Positions 34,801 through 49,800 of a stretch of DNA of 64,000 nucleotides are shown here, in pieces. The notes beneath the pieces are model-generated. The model saw nothing but the letters and a program-made list of their open reading frames with translations. It ran no database searches and was not told the DNA's origin. How positions within the stretch are numbered: the stretch's first letter is position 1; each line of letters opens with the position of its first letter. The position numbers and the translations under genes were made by a program. Origin of the DNA: Phoronis australis (lineage: Eukaryota > Animalia > Phoronida); assembly GCA_002633005.1 (NCBI GenBank), contig NMRA01000025.1:7757-71756 (forward strand). The letters run 5' to 3'.

Positions 34801-37800
34801 TATTCTGTTTAATAAAAAATAGAAAAAATATGTTGGCGACCATTTTATTGTCGTACCAATGGAAATTCAACGGGTGTGAACTAATGTTAATGTTAATGTT
34901 GAAGAAATAATGCTGCCACGTTAGACTAACATCATTTGAGCTGCGTATGTTTTGACTATATTCATTTGCATCAAACTCACTTCATGACATTTTTATGACC
35001 AAACAACATATTAATCTTCAAAGTTCATGAGTAAACTTTTTAACTGTAAACTCTAGATGTGAACTTTCTGACATTTTTCAAGTCATTGTCTTATCGGTGA
35101 TCGGCTTATGAATGTTAAAAGTAATGACTAAAAATGCCTAAGACCAACATTAAAGAAAATGTTACATAGTACTGGAATGTGAAAGATTTCACGACCTGAG
35201 CTACAATTTGTTTGACAAAATATTAAGCTTCCATGAACTCTACTAGCATGTTTTCTTACTAATGCCAAGAATATTTGTATCTCGGTTGTAGCGCGTTCAT
35301 TATGGTTATGAGGGACCCTAGAAAAATGTCCAAATTTGGCAAAATTCAGAGCTGCAACATATCTCAGAAACTCTCACATACAATACTTTATGCACTGTTC
35401 TCCAAAATGCATTGTGATTTGTTTTTAAAATCCTCCATTTTTGCATGATAGGCAATTAAGTACTAGTCCACGAGAGCACCAGCCATGAGCGGCAAGGTGG
35501 GGGTCAGCCGATTTTCACCAAATTTGGCACATAGGTAGTCCTATGGGATCTATAAACAGCGGTCAAATATTTCCTCAAAATATTGCGTTTTTCTAAAGTT
35601 ATAGGCTCAAACACATTTTACGGCTTCGCAGCCAAAATGTTGACAAAACATGTTACTTTCATTTCATAAAATAAAAACTTTGTCAGCCAGTTTATTAGTT
35701 ATATATTTTGGCACCTCAAATGTACTAAAATGAGAAATTTTCATATAACTGAAATCTATGCGTGAGCACCGTAAAATCCGATTGTCCTTCATGTTTTTCG
35801 ATATTTTGCAACAAGTTAGTTCCTCCTGAATGTTTTGAACGTTTTACTACTGATCACTTAGGGCTATAGTACCCCTAAATACCATACATGGCTCCATTTT
35901 GTAAAAAGCCGATTATGTCCTCCACAGTGAACAGGGTTAGACATGAACTCGACAAATGTAGGTTACATGTATTTTGATTTACAGTTGTTTTACTTTGCAA
36001 TTTCCTCATGGGTATTTCTTCACACATATTCAAGTCAGATTTTCTGTTGATCAAATGTTCATGTAATGCATTGTAATATCAAATGAATGACAAGTTAGGT
36101 TGCATGACCGCAATTTTTCCCACGACTTAAAACAAAAGACCGCAGAAATTTTCCTGACGAAATACCGGGTTTGCAGTTCTGTAAAAACATTCGAATGACA
36201 AGACAAACTCCACCACTGTCCATGGCAACTCGTCGCATGTTTTTCACCCATCGGTCCTATCATTGTTTTCCTTTGTTGTGTCATTGTTAGATGTAACAAC
36301 ACAGGTCGCATGGATATAGAACCTTGCGTACATCAGACCGTTGCCGATAAGTGCTCGTCATTATATCTTTATTATAACAACGGGAACAATGAAGATGCTA
36401 ATCTATTGTTCTCTATGCGACCAAGTTTCCCGTGGATGACCACAGAAGAGGAATCCCAAAGTATCCACAAACAATGACCACGCACCTTAGTAACTATTAC
36501 CGCGCACACGAATCCTTTCCGTGGAACCTAAACACCAAATTTTTATATCCGTGTATTGTGTTGTATTGCTCATGGTACGGGTTCAGACTCTGTTGTATTA
36601 AGATTCCAGTCCCCAACCCTGTAATATGTAGTTTGAGTAAAATTTCTAGACAATGCAGGTTTATGGATTTATTCTCCTTCAAATGAAGAGTAAAAATCAA
36701 ATTCTGCACAGGTTTTTTAAAAGTAATCACTTATTGGAAGATCACACATCTAAAAAATAAAACAATGTTTGACAATTTTATTCATTATCTTATTTGAAAA
36801 TTGCCTACCTCACAGACAACTCATCTAAGTTGAAAATATTCCTTGTGAAAAAATATAAAATACCAACCAGAGACTTGTGTACTACAAAATATGTTTTCGT
36901 AATACAATGCAAAGATAACTGTACAGTCAAAAGTGCAAATGTTATGACTCTAATAAAAAATTGCCTTCTAGATCTTTTCAACACTCTAATTGCTACAGGA
37001 CAGAGTCAACCACACAAAGCTCATAAAGTCAGGGAATTACATTTAAGGTGATGTAGTCTCACTGCGAAAAAGTGATTTCGCAATATCGCTGACAACACTG
37101 GAAATCTCTTCTTCACAAACTTGAGGTAGCTGTATTTACCACATCAATGTTCTTATCAAAACTAACCACCACAAAATGAAAAATTGGCTTGTCGGTTCCA
37201 ATTAGGCAGCATTTTACAATGAAATGGTCATGAAAAAATACTTTTGCAACATGGTTTGCATTACAATTGCCCTACGATTACAGTTGTACATACATACTAG
37301 ACCAGTAACAAAATTACCCATGGGAACCATAAAATGGTCAATTCGCCAAAAAAACAAGGAGCCACCAGAGCTAATGTGCCAATACTTTTCAGTACTGCAA
37401 CAAAAAATCATTTGAAGTGGACATAAACTCGCCTAAAATCACATAAAACAACTTTTGATTTAGATATTTTACCATCACGAAATAGGTATTACTTCCAGGT
37501 CACTTTTGAGCAATTTCAGAACTTTGAAAGATCTGGCAATATGCAATTGCTAGAGACCAGACTAATAGTGTGTGATTTTATACACACAGCATGGTCTCAA
37601 GGAATAGCAAACTGTCAATTCGCTATAATTCCAGAAATCACTTCCCATCTGGATAAGGAACAAACTGAGCAAAGTTTATAGAGGTAAATGGTCTAAATCA
37701 AAACTTATTACCTCCTGGACAGAATATGGGTTTACAACCCAGGCAGAAAGATAAGTTAACAAAACCAGCCTAACTGCAACAGGGTCTCAAATTTCAGTAA

Positions 37801-40800
37801 TATATACCCATTTACAAACAAAAATCTATAATGTTAAATAAAATGCGGAAACATAAATTCAGATCAATTACGCATCTTCAAGGAAAAGGAATAGTACAGT
37901 GGTCAGAAATCATCTAAATGTGATGGCGACACTGAGAAATCCTGTCAGACCAAAAAATCCAGTGGCTAAACAAAATGAACAATGTACCATTACCATGTGG
38001 CCCAGGATCATAATCCGTGCCTGGACAAAAATTCAGTCTTAGACTAGGTAAATTTTAGATTTGTGCTGTTCACACAAGCAGTTCTGGTGCAAACAAAGCT
38101 TGCGACAACACACAAGCCTACTTCCCTACACAGCTGTGCTGATACAATAATGCCCCCACTGGATTTAGCAGATCAGCCAGAGTATTTACAGGTCCAGCCA
38201 CTGTACTGTTTCCTCCCTTTGAATTTTTACAATGCTACATCCTTGACAATCGCAGATTGCCTCTTTCTATGCATACTCCACTTCCTCTGTCCCAGTTTCC
38301 CCACATTTGCTGAAAGTGGCCTATCTCAACAAATTACTTTGGACCTGTTGTGGTATAAGCCAGTAATCTTTGGCAAATGCTTTTTCCCCAACTCGTTCCT
38401 CAAGCTACAAATTCTCTTTGACATATCTTCTGGGAGTAGACTTTTCGGCCTCTCTCTAGCCCCCTCACTTAGTTGTCCAGAAGGGTACCTTCTTGCTGGT
38501 TGTGAACTTTTCCATACCCAACCTTTACTAATAATCGGCAAGTCTCCAACTTCAGCAGAAGCCACTTCTTCAGCATAAGCCTTTCCTGATTCCTAAAATT
38601 GTATTAATGAAAAATTAAACATATTAAATTTAATGTGGCCATTTCGGCTCACAAAATATGAATACCAAGCTAAAGTGAAGGCACCAATATTTTTTACGGC
38701 TTTAGCATGTTTAATTAACTTCATAATTGCAGAAAATCATTGGTAGACAAAACATACTCCCTAGTCTCTAAAAGTAGTTCATGGGCAGAAGTCATGTTTC
38801 ACATTTGGTGGTTGTTATGAAAAGTTATGATGACTACCTATTTTCTATGCCAATGTATACATGTAGTTGCATAAACATCAACACATTTGAATAAGATATG
38901 ATTAAGCAATAAGGCCCAAGTTATAAGCAATCACGGTGTGTCAATAAAAGTATTTTTGCATGAATGACGTGCTTCTAAAAATATTAATCAGGGTCAGACC
39001 CTGGAGTTTAGTGATTCCTACCTGAGCTCACACGAAGCAGGACGTTGAACCTTGACTTAACGTCTTTGGTCATTTTTCAGACCTCTATCAGATTTCTCCT
39101 CTAGTGTGCAGTGGATGTTCTAAGTGTCTTTGGCGACGACAATATATCTCGAGTGTTGTAACGATGATTCGGGCAAGTGATCCTAACATGGTAAATTATG
39201 TAGCTCCTGCTGCACACAGTGCCTCCGAGGCAGACACTGAGACAGACTACTCAGGAGGACACGTTCCACCTCCACATCAGCTCCACGTACTCTTATAAGG
39301 TGCTCAAATGTCTCGCTCTATACCTTGTGCATTTCCCTAGAGTTTCCAAAGTTGTTTCTCTCCCCAATTTGTAGAAATACCACATTTGATGCGACTGGCA
39401 GTGCCAGATAAATAGATAAATTCGCAAACCCGCACTTTACGTCAGCCATCATTCAACTCACGCATTGTAAGCTTTAGTTTGGTATTCAGACGAATTGGAT
39501 GAACAAATTTAGAATAATTTCATATTTTATTGGGAAATTTTAGTGTCCTTAAAATTAATTAAAAACATTTAAGCAAACCAATTGTATTAATTGTTGTATT
39601 ATACCACGGCATATTAATGCGTAGAAACGGCGCACAACTAGTGACTGGTTTAACATGACAAATACACATACGCGGTCTGAAAATAGTGAAATTCAGACAC
39701 CTATTACCAAGCCTGCCTGAAGCGCTGACAAAGTTTTTATTGTATTAATTTCAAGGGCATGGAGTCTTCTACATGTCCATGTTATTATTTTTAGTTTTCT
39801 TGCGGGGGCAGCTTTGCTATAAGGGTACAGCTTACTGCTGGTTTTTCACAAGACGGAAATGTACCTCCACAGAAACAGTTGCAGTGTTACCATGGTAACC
39901 GATATTGCAGTGTCGGTGCCGTTTTTACTGACATTGGTCATGAACCTATCATGTGATATCAAAATTGTTCAGAGACGATTCTGTTTGAAGCAGAAACTGG
40001 AGTAGAAAATTTGGTCAAAAATGACTCATTCCACAACAAGAAATTGCCTCATTTTGCCCCCAAGAACACTTCCCATGTATCTCCTAAACCACCAAACTTT
40101 GTGGTGTCATACTTCATCCATTTCTCTCGTCCCTAATGTGATTTATCAGACTAAACATGGATCTGAATGGTTGATCCCCCACCTTGCCGCTTGTTGGCTG
40201 TACAGTGGTCGGTGGATCCGTGGACTGATACTTAAAACACAGGACTTTTATGAGCTTTTTTGAAAAAACTAAAAGATGCATAAAATGGTATTTAGAACTG
40301 TAACAGCATTCCTTAGACTTCATCTTGAACATTTACATTTCAATTAACCAACTTATTGATACCAATGTTTTGCCATGAATACACCTTTCATTTTCGGGAA
40401 ATTTGATTAGAAAGAGTGACATGTTCAAGTGACCCAATTAATGACAGACTGGTAAAAATTACAAATCTTAAGTCTTTCTACTTTCAGAAAACAAATACTT
40501 TTACAGACCGTTTAAAGTTTTGTAGATATTTGGCTAAATATACAGATATGTTGATAAGGTCCTACATGAACTTAAGGACACCATAGTTATGACTGGAAAA
40601 TGTTACACTCAAAATCTGCATTTTGTCTTGTATGGCAGGCTAAAAACAATTGAATGGGGGTTTTTACTAACAATCATTATCACAATAGGAGTCTATTTCA
40701 TTTGCCAATTCAAGTCACAAGCTTACGTGCACCATCATTTGAATTCTCAGTTTTAGCATTGGCCAACCCCATGCCCCAATAAACGCTGAAGCATTTTCTT

Positions 40801-43800
40801 GTGTCCCTGATTGTTTCGATGTTCTTGTTGGTAACGGAAACAGAATCCTATCACAATATGAAATATTATGAGAATTTTAAAATTGTATTTTTGTTATTTA
40901 AGCCAGCTCAACAGGGCAAAATTAAGCTTTAATTGTGAGTCACTGAACAAGAATTGGGTTGCTAGACAACAGGCAGTGGGCCTCATTAGTATAGTACCAT
41001 GTACGACTTGGTTGACATGAAACCAAATGGTTTATTAGCATGTGGTCGCAGGTTGTACGAAATTGTTAGACGGGCTGAATATGACCCACAGGCCATAGGT
41101 GGCCAAACTTTGCTATAGCACTCATTATGAAACACTTTCATCAACTCACCTTATAGTCAGCAGGAGCCCAGCGCTGGTACCCTCTGCGACAGGATACGTG
41201 ATCTCAACTCCCACCTCAAGGCATAGAGGGTAAACAGCAAAACCAAAGAAGCCAAACATGGACACAGATATGGCGATGAGTGCATTTTGTTCTCTCAACC
41301 GAGACACCTTAACAAACAGACAGTATGAACCATTATCAAGTCTCATTTAAGTAGACAGTGGGTAATTATGATAAGAGTTAGGCACTGATTACTAGATAGG
41401 AATATTTTGCTTTTTCTTCAAATAAAAAGAAAACAGATTGAATAAAATTTCAATGCTTCGCAAAACTCTAGAAATTTTCAGTGACTGAAAGCAGCTTTAA
41501 GAAAACTTAAAGGCCAAGTGCAGACAAAAAGCTATGAGCAAACTGCCTCAAGTGAAGGCAAGCTCGATGTAGGTGACCTCCAAACACTGAGGACAATTCT
41601 TAGTGAAATATGCCAGTTGGACTACTCCATTCAATTGTTGTCTTATTTCCACTGCTTGAATTGAAAAGAGCAAAGGATAAATTTCAAAAATTATTTTGTA
41701 TAATGCGTCACATTCATAACAGAATCTTCGCAGAGGGGTGCCATTATGATGAAGCAGGGGTGAATGGTTATATACATTTCATAGAAGCATTTTGGCATCT
41801 CATCTTGCCCATACAATGTGAAGAGTTGAGCTTGTGAGATGAGAACTCAAACAAGTTAGAGATTCGCCTCACTGCCTCGGGAGAGAAAATCTGAACGCTT
41901 TACTTGGTGCTAAAACAAGAAAGTCATTATAAACATTCCATGTTTGGAATACACACAACTCAATTCTTTCGACAAACATGTGAAGGCTACAACTACATTT
42001 GATGAACCAGACCATACCTGTTCATTAAATAATTGATTTGGTACCAGGAAGTTTGGTCTAGATGTACAATTTAGTAGGTTGTTTAGGGGGTGTAGTGTAC
42101 CAGTACCAAAATTACTTACAGTACAACACAGTGTGATTGTTGAGTTCTGTAAATGATAAGATACACATTGTGTGGTTAGGAAGCAAATATACCTTAGTAT
42201 ATTAAACTAGAAATGATTTGCATCGTTCATTAGAAGTACTTACCAGAGAGAAAAAGATGGCTCCAATGCCAGCCAGACAGAAGCATATCTTGATGACTAT
42301 GTCAAACATCTTGGTATAGTCAACTATAACCCCAGCGATACCAGCCCCAACGATACCCACACCAATAAGCAGCGCACCGCACAATCCTGCAAAACCCTGG
42401 AAAGGCAACAGGTCAAACTGAAGCACCAGCAAAAATGAAGAAAGAGATCTCTTGTCATAATGGCAGATGACTTTATCCTCATAAAAACAGTTAATAGATT
42501 GCACCTCTTGGTATCAGTAGGCCAATAATACAACAAAAAGGCCTGGTTCAAAGAAGCCTTCTGATCAAAAAGGACACGACACCTGTTAGTCACCAACTAT
42601 ACCCTGCTGGCCAACTAGGCTGACAGCTGTGCATTCCACTTACGTCATCGTATCCTCGGGCACAAAGCATCTGCTCCAATAAAGTAGTGACCGCAGTGAA
42701 AGCACCCACGCCTACTCCAAAACACACAGCCAACACCCAGTATGTCTTGTTCTTTACAACCTGCAGAATCATGTAAAATACCATTTTGTGGAAAATTTAA
42801 GCTCATCTGCTGTAAAACCCCAAGGCATACCAAGAATGTATATTAGAAACATTTTACTCTTAACTTTATTCAACACAGTTTGCAAATGGTGAGTGGAACT
42901 GATGTGATTTCTGTCAGTTGCAAATTGTAGTCAGACATTCAAACACAATGCCTTAATATGCATTCACTTTTGTGCCAATAGTACACACATAATTATAGAG
43001 ACGTACAACTCAAGCGTTGTTTGATCGAGGGATCGGTGAGCATTTTACAAAAATATGTAGCTACATCTCTCACAATACAGAATTGTGCAGCAATCAATGA
43101 CATGCATACTAGATGATTGTGACACGACAACAAATAAGTGAAATGGCTTCTGGCAAATGCTTTGGTCACTTAAATGTCATGTATTCACCTCACACTGCCT
43201 CAGCTTTAAATAGTAAAAAGTTGTCTTAGTCAGAGCCAGACAGTGCAGCCTATCAGGCAGATCACCATATCAATGCATAAGTCAATATCACCAGCTGAGA
43301 TTCACCAATGATCATTTAAAGTCGTGGAACTTGTAGGCTAATTCGTTATCACTGTGACTGCTCGGCCAAATTAGTTAGGAACACAGCATATAGCGACGAC
43401 GTGAATATGAAGTAGGTTGAAAATTGCCAAATGTTTTTAAGAACTTTTGTGGGGAAAATGATCTGCCACAAATCACTGAACCGTGTCCAGTGATAATTGT
43501 GACACAGTGCCGTAGGATCAACATGACTGAGGCAGGAGTCAGTGGTAACCATGACATTTATGATAGAGACAGGAGTCAGTGGTAACCATGACATTTATGA
43601 CTGAGACAGGAGTCAGTTGTAACCATGACATTTATGACTGAGGCAGGAGTCAGTGGTAACCATGACATTTATGATAGAGACAGGAATCAGTGATAACCAT
43701 GACATTTATGACTGAGACAGGAATCAGTGGTAACCATGAAATTTATGCCCATGAGGTCAATTTGTGTGTGCTTTCATGCATATAGTGTCTAACTTTTACG

Positions 43801-46800
43801 CCAAAAATATAAGAACTGCAATAAGGTGAGATCTGGTGAGACTTTTATCCCAACTGAGACACAACACTTAGTTCATAATAGACATCCATAAACTTACTAA
43901 ACACATTCAGTCAATTTTAAATAATTTTGTGTGATGGGACGTTAATAACTGTACGCTTGTTCTTATGCTTATTTAGTTATAATTGTTCAGTTATTCTTAT
44001 GCTAATGTCTTTGTTGCGTCTCAGTGCGCCTTTGTTACGTGGGCATGCGGGCGCGACTGTATGTGTCAGGCACTTCGCTAGTGACAGGCTTAGGAGAAAG
44101 GTGTTTCCTTCCTTTGCCTATATGGAATTGAGCGTTATCATTGTGTAACTGAACTGAAATGTAAGCGTGATGAGGTGAAATACTCATTGTTGGTGTTCAC
44201 TGGAGACTTGCTCTGCTACATTTGATAGAAGCCATATGAATGAATAGTAATCTATCAGAAAAACTTTTTGAACTTTCATAGGTATGCAATGAGTCAGATC
44301 AGCCGTCACATTGTCACAGAGCTGACCAAGAGATATGTCTCTCCCAACAACACAATGCATGCAGCCAAACTGAGGGAAAAGAACTACTCTACAGTTCCTG
44401 CTTGAAGTGCTCCAAATTAGTGAAGATAATACACACTTAAGAGTTGGATTAGGTAGTACACAGCTATGACAACAGCTCCTTAACTCTGAATCGCGATCGA
44501 TTTCTGTCTCCCTACCTGCAGAGAAAGACTACCTTTGTGCCTTAGTATGAACCATTCAGTGACACTCAGAAGTCAAGCACAAGATTCACTGATTAGAAGT
44601 AAGGTTCTGGATTCCATTTTTAAGACATTGATCTTTGTAAATTATTGTTAGCAAGAAAGTAATAGACCCTATGTCTTCCCAATTGTACATGTCTCACAAG
44701 TTCTTCAGCACTTCAATTCTCCCATGTTAAAACATTTGGCGTACAACCGTATCAAAACATTTAAATTAAGACTTAGACCTCATTATTGTTTTAACAATAA
44801 CTTTCATTTGGACAATGTCAGAACAGTGTGCGATTGCATAATCCTCACAGACCTTTTTAACACCCTTTAGGAATGACTCCGAGTCCTCAGCGGCACTTGC
44901 TGTGGGCGGTGTAGGAGGACTACTTTTACATACACCAAATGTGGCCAGCAACATTACAGCACCAGCAGGCACACAGTAGGCGATCAACTGTAACAATAAT
45001 GAAGCATATACAGAATAAGCAAGACACACTTCGTGGCAATAGTCAATTACAGGGCTCTGGATTTTGAGAACCAGTTTGATGCCCGTTATTAAGTGGACAA
45101 ATCTGGTTCACAAAATGCAAAACCTCTCCCGGCCTGTAAGTGATTACTCATTTCTTACTGTAGACTGTAAAGCACCCAGGCAACACAAACCTCCACGGCA
45201 CCACCGCAATTCCCCCATAATGCCATTGCACCAGGTTGCTCAGTTATTGTTGGTTTCGGAATAGATTTTGAATATATGGAAGCATCCCCTACGCATGTGG
45301 ACAAGAATCCCCAGGGATGGCTTAAGATGCACTCGGGTACTCCGCAATATTTTTGACTGGAGGGGTTCACCTGGAAAATTAGGATACCCAACCATTTAAA
45401 GAATGGAATCGGAAAAGGGAGCTTCCATGAAAAAGTTGCCCTTTCTTAAGGTTTTGTTCCAGAAACAGAACCCTTTTGCTGGTATTAATTCCATAAAGTA
45501 ATTAACCCAGAACTTTAACTGGGATTCTCCAACACATATTTTTAAGCTGAAATTGAACAGATGCTGTCAAAAATGAGTACATCTTTAACAAAAACGATTT
45601 TAAAATATAGCAACATTAACTTTTCTGTAGATTTGTGTAGTTGCGAAAAGGAACCCTTTTCGTAGAGTTTCAAATTCTCTACTGGAACCCTTTTGTAGGT
45701 AATTGGGTAGGAAAAGACACCCTTTCATAAGATTTTGTCAAAAAGTCACTCTTCTGAGCAGCACCTACCTCTTCTATGGGAGTACCTCAGGATGACACAA
45801 AATGCAATTAACAAAATTATACATAAAATAAATTGTGCTTCTAGTACTATCCCAACAGGTTCACAACACCCCCCTGATGATACAGACTAGTACAGTCACA
45901 CAAATGCGTTTCCAGTACTTACACATAAATGTGCTACCAGTACTTGCTGACCAGTTTCACAACACATAAAAAGTGCCCGTGAATGTTGGATGTTATTTGT
46001 GGGGTTACAACAGATGTATGACTTGTGAAAACTAAATACAGTTTCAGTTTCACATCAATACCATTTCAGGTATATAATACACGTAGTTCACTACCAAGGA
46101 TAGCTGCCAATCTGAAGTTATTACTACCACAAATGTCCTTACCATTGTCCCAACATCTTCACTGTTTTTTACAATAGAGGGTGATATAACATTGGCCAAT
46201 AGGATCCCCAGAGGATTGGCTGAAAAGGAAATACAACGAATCTGAGTAAAATGCAGCTGCAGATGCAAAGGGCATCACAGTACTTGGACCCGTTCCAAAA
46301 TTAATGTTAGCTGATATCTTCTTAGCAGGAACACATTTGCTAATTTTCATAATGATCCTTTAAGTACTTGGCAGAGAGATGGATGTAAAAAAACAGACTC
46401 GCATATTGGTAATTGGATCTGTATGAAGGTCTTCCTCAACTGTCATCAGTTTCACAGGAATACCTCTGCCAATATTCATGAAGATCCTCCTAAGCGTTTT
46501 GGAGACACAGCATCGATCACTGGATGCCAGATGACTGGACACCCGAACACCCAGACAGAGATGACAGCAGTACACACCCATATAATTAATGCGGGTGGGC
46601 ACATGAAAATCAAATCGGTTCTCCAAGTTAGCATATTTCCTGAGAAGTACCAAAACAAGTGCCTGCTTGCATTGACATTCACAATCTGCCTACAATACAA
46701 GACATTATTCAGACAAAATGACCCAGAAGTTCCCGTCATGAAAGCTGAGTGCAAGCCGAGTTCATTGTCAGAGTAGTATTCCTTAGTCACTGAGAATGAA

Positions 46801-49800
46801 GACTAAGCCAGTCTGCAATCATTAGAATTTTGCCCTAATAATAGCTATAACCAGTCATTTTTGTTATTAAAGGAATCAGCTATCATGACGAGAGACTGTG
46901 TTTTGTCCGATTACATGTGTCTTGTACTGTACTTGAGAAAATGCAGTCAACTGTAGAACACAAGAAAGTAAATGGCCACTGTTAAAAGCAATAGCATGAA
47001 GACAGCTTTACTCACACATGGAGGCCAGGGTATTGGCTGTCACTCTTTGGTTGCCCCTAAACCACAGTGCTGCCAACTTTGTGGGGGCGAAAAATGCAAA
47101 AGGCTGAGCACAAGCAGCAATAGTCTGACCTGAAATTAGACACAATCCAACAGCTGAAATAGAATTTAATGAGTTTGCGGTATACAATACTCATTTGAGT
47201 AAATCACCACAGCGTTTTAATAAGCAATTTAAAAATTGATTAATGTTAAAATTTGACCTTAAGCTGGGTCGAGTACAGTATTCTGTGATGAGGTACATAT
47301 TATAAAAGTAAAATTGCTTTTCTGTCAGATGCATTTGAATGGATAGTTTCAATACGTCAATCAAGATAGTAATGCCAGCCAATCAGGTCGGGGGAATATG
47401 TGAACACAATCACAATCTGCCATCTTGGTTCTACAAACATTGGTTGTGTACGAAAGCAAACAGTGTGGCTCAGTGGTTTGAGCTCTGGAATGCTGTTTGG
47501 GAGACCAGAGTTCAAATCCTGGTTTTACTGGCTGAAAATCGAGCATTGCACAAAGGTGTCTCCTAGTACTCTTCTGAGCTCGGTCTTGCTAATGAATGTA
47601 TGTAATGGAATGAATGAGAACACGGATACAATGCGAAAGCAATTTCTGGGGCAGTACTCATATTTGAAAAAAGCATTACGGTGGTTTTACAATGCATTTG
47701 AATAGAAAACAACTACAAACAAGACGCAAAACAGAACAAGAGCAACGCGAAGTGCTGAAATTCGCCTACGGCTGCACCGCAAACGGTGTTGTTTCTAAGG
47801 GGTGATTATTTGTATCATAAAAAATGGCCATTAGATGGCACAGAATACATTGAACCCATCCAAAAATGGGAAGATCTTGCCTCTCAAAACTATTTGCGAA
47901 AGTTCATGAAAATCAGTCAAAAAACTCCAAAATACAAAGTTAACACAAACGTAAAAAAGAACAGCCATTAGAAAGCACAGCGGAAGTAGAACATTCATTT
48001 GCTGTCAAGTTAACAGGAATACAATAATATTGCAAAATTTCAAAAAACATCTTGCAATCTTGCAAGGGGTTTAAGAGATTCAGTTGTAGATGCAAAACAA
48101 AATGTCACTAGGGGGCACCACAGTAGTTGGACCCGTTTGAAAATCAAGTCAGTCATGTTCTTGTCAGTAGGAACACATCTGCCAAATTTCATTATGATCC
48201 TCACAACAGTTTGGCAGATACAGAAACATACAACAAAAAACACTACAAAATGATTAAAATGGCCACTAGTTGGTGCAGAATATATCGAATCCACCACAAA
48301 AAGGAATTAACGTACTGACACTTTCATAACAGAAACTTTTTTGCCAAATTTCATAAAACAGCATCAATGAAGGAACTCCGAAGTTACAGAGGCAAATGTA
48401 AAAATACTTTGATTAGTCTGAAACTCCCCATCATGTATTACCATTTCCATAGGAACACATCTGCTAAATTTCACAAAGATCTTGCATAGGATAAAGGAGA
48501 TACAGCCGTAGATGCAATAAAATGCCACTAGGGGGCACAGCAGTAGTCGTTGTCCATTGTCAACTTAATTAATACAATTGCCAAGTTTAATAAGGATACT
48601 ACAGAGGGTTTTGGAGATAGAGCCATGTGCTCAAAAAATAAAACTGCCACTAGAAGGCACCAGTTGTCGAAGTCGTTGGGAAAATCATAGCCAGTTGTCC
48701 TCTTCACACTAAGAACATATAATATGCCAATTTTCATAATCATTCTTATAGTGGTTTCGTGGATAGAATGGGAGAATAAAAATCAGTAAAAATGGTCACC
48801 TCGAATCCTTCCGAAAACGGGAAGGTAGCATCGTGTCACTAATTAATACCTATTTGGCAAATTTTATGAAAATCCGTTGAGGACCTTTAAAAAAATAGTT
48901 GAAGTCAAACAGAAAAAACTAAAATTGCCACTGGGGGGGGCACACCGGTAGTTGGATCCGTACAAAAATTCGCTCATGTGGTCTCATCCATGACAGAAAC
49001 ATGAGCAAAATTTCACATCAAAAGGTTTGGGATATAAAGCAGTAGACACCGGACCAGCGCCGGACGGACAGACGAATGGTCAAGGATGACGGCATAATTA
49101 CCCCACATATAAATATTTGGGAGCATAAAAAGTGGCTGCCATTATTTTATCTTTATGTTATTTGTACACTCATATTTCTGTACCTTATCAGTCATAATAA
49201 ATGACCTTATATCGCCTAGGCACGGTCTCCTTTGTATCTCTGGAAATGGAGCTTGCGACGCACCTATTATTTTCGGGACATATTCCGAACATAAATGATA
49301 TTTCACTCGTTAAATATATTTATGTGAGAATATGGACTCGTCCCACTTACACCCCCATCTTTCGGACTGGTCCAATAACCCCTTGTGTAGATTCGCATGC
49401 GGTCCTCCTGCACTCGAGGCACTAGGACATTCCATTTCCAGCCTTACTATTGGTTCGTTTGTGTTACTGCCACGAGTTTGGTCAGCTCCTGGCTCCCTTA
49501 GGCTGATGATTGTCACGTGTCATAGGGCTCCTTTGTTCTCAGTAAAGTTATATTTCCTGCCATCTGTACTTTGCTTTAGCAGCACTTAGGTTCGAGTCTA
49601 ATCTCTCTTCATTTTTTTCCACCCTCTGCCACCCTCTCTTTTGGGTGGTTCCTTCTACCTGAGTGCTGGCGCTTTTTATTGCCCATCTTTCCAGAGATTA
49701 TTATTTTATCTTTATGTTATTTGTACACTCATATTTCTATACCTTATCAGTCATAATAAATGACCTTATATCGCCTATACAAGGTCTTCTTTTTATCTCT

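Noticed and set aside
38063-38578. 171-aa plus-strand ORF as a protein-coding gene
   Set aside because: Non-ATG start and Leu/Phe/Pro-rich composition typical of the antisense of a purine-rich strand; no recognisable domain.
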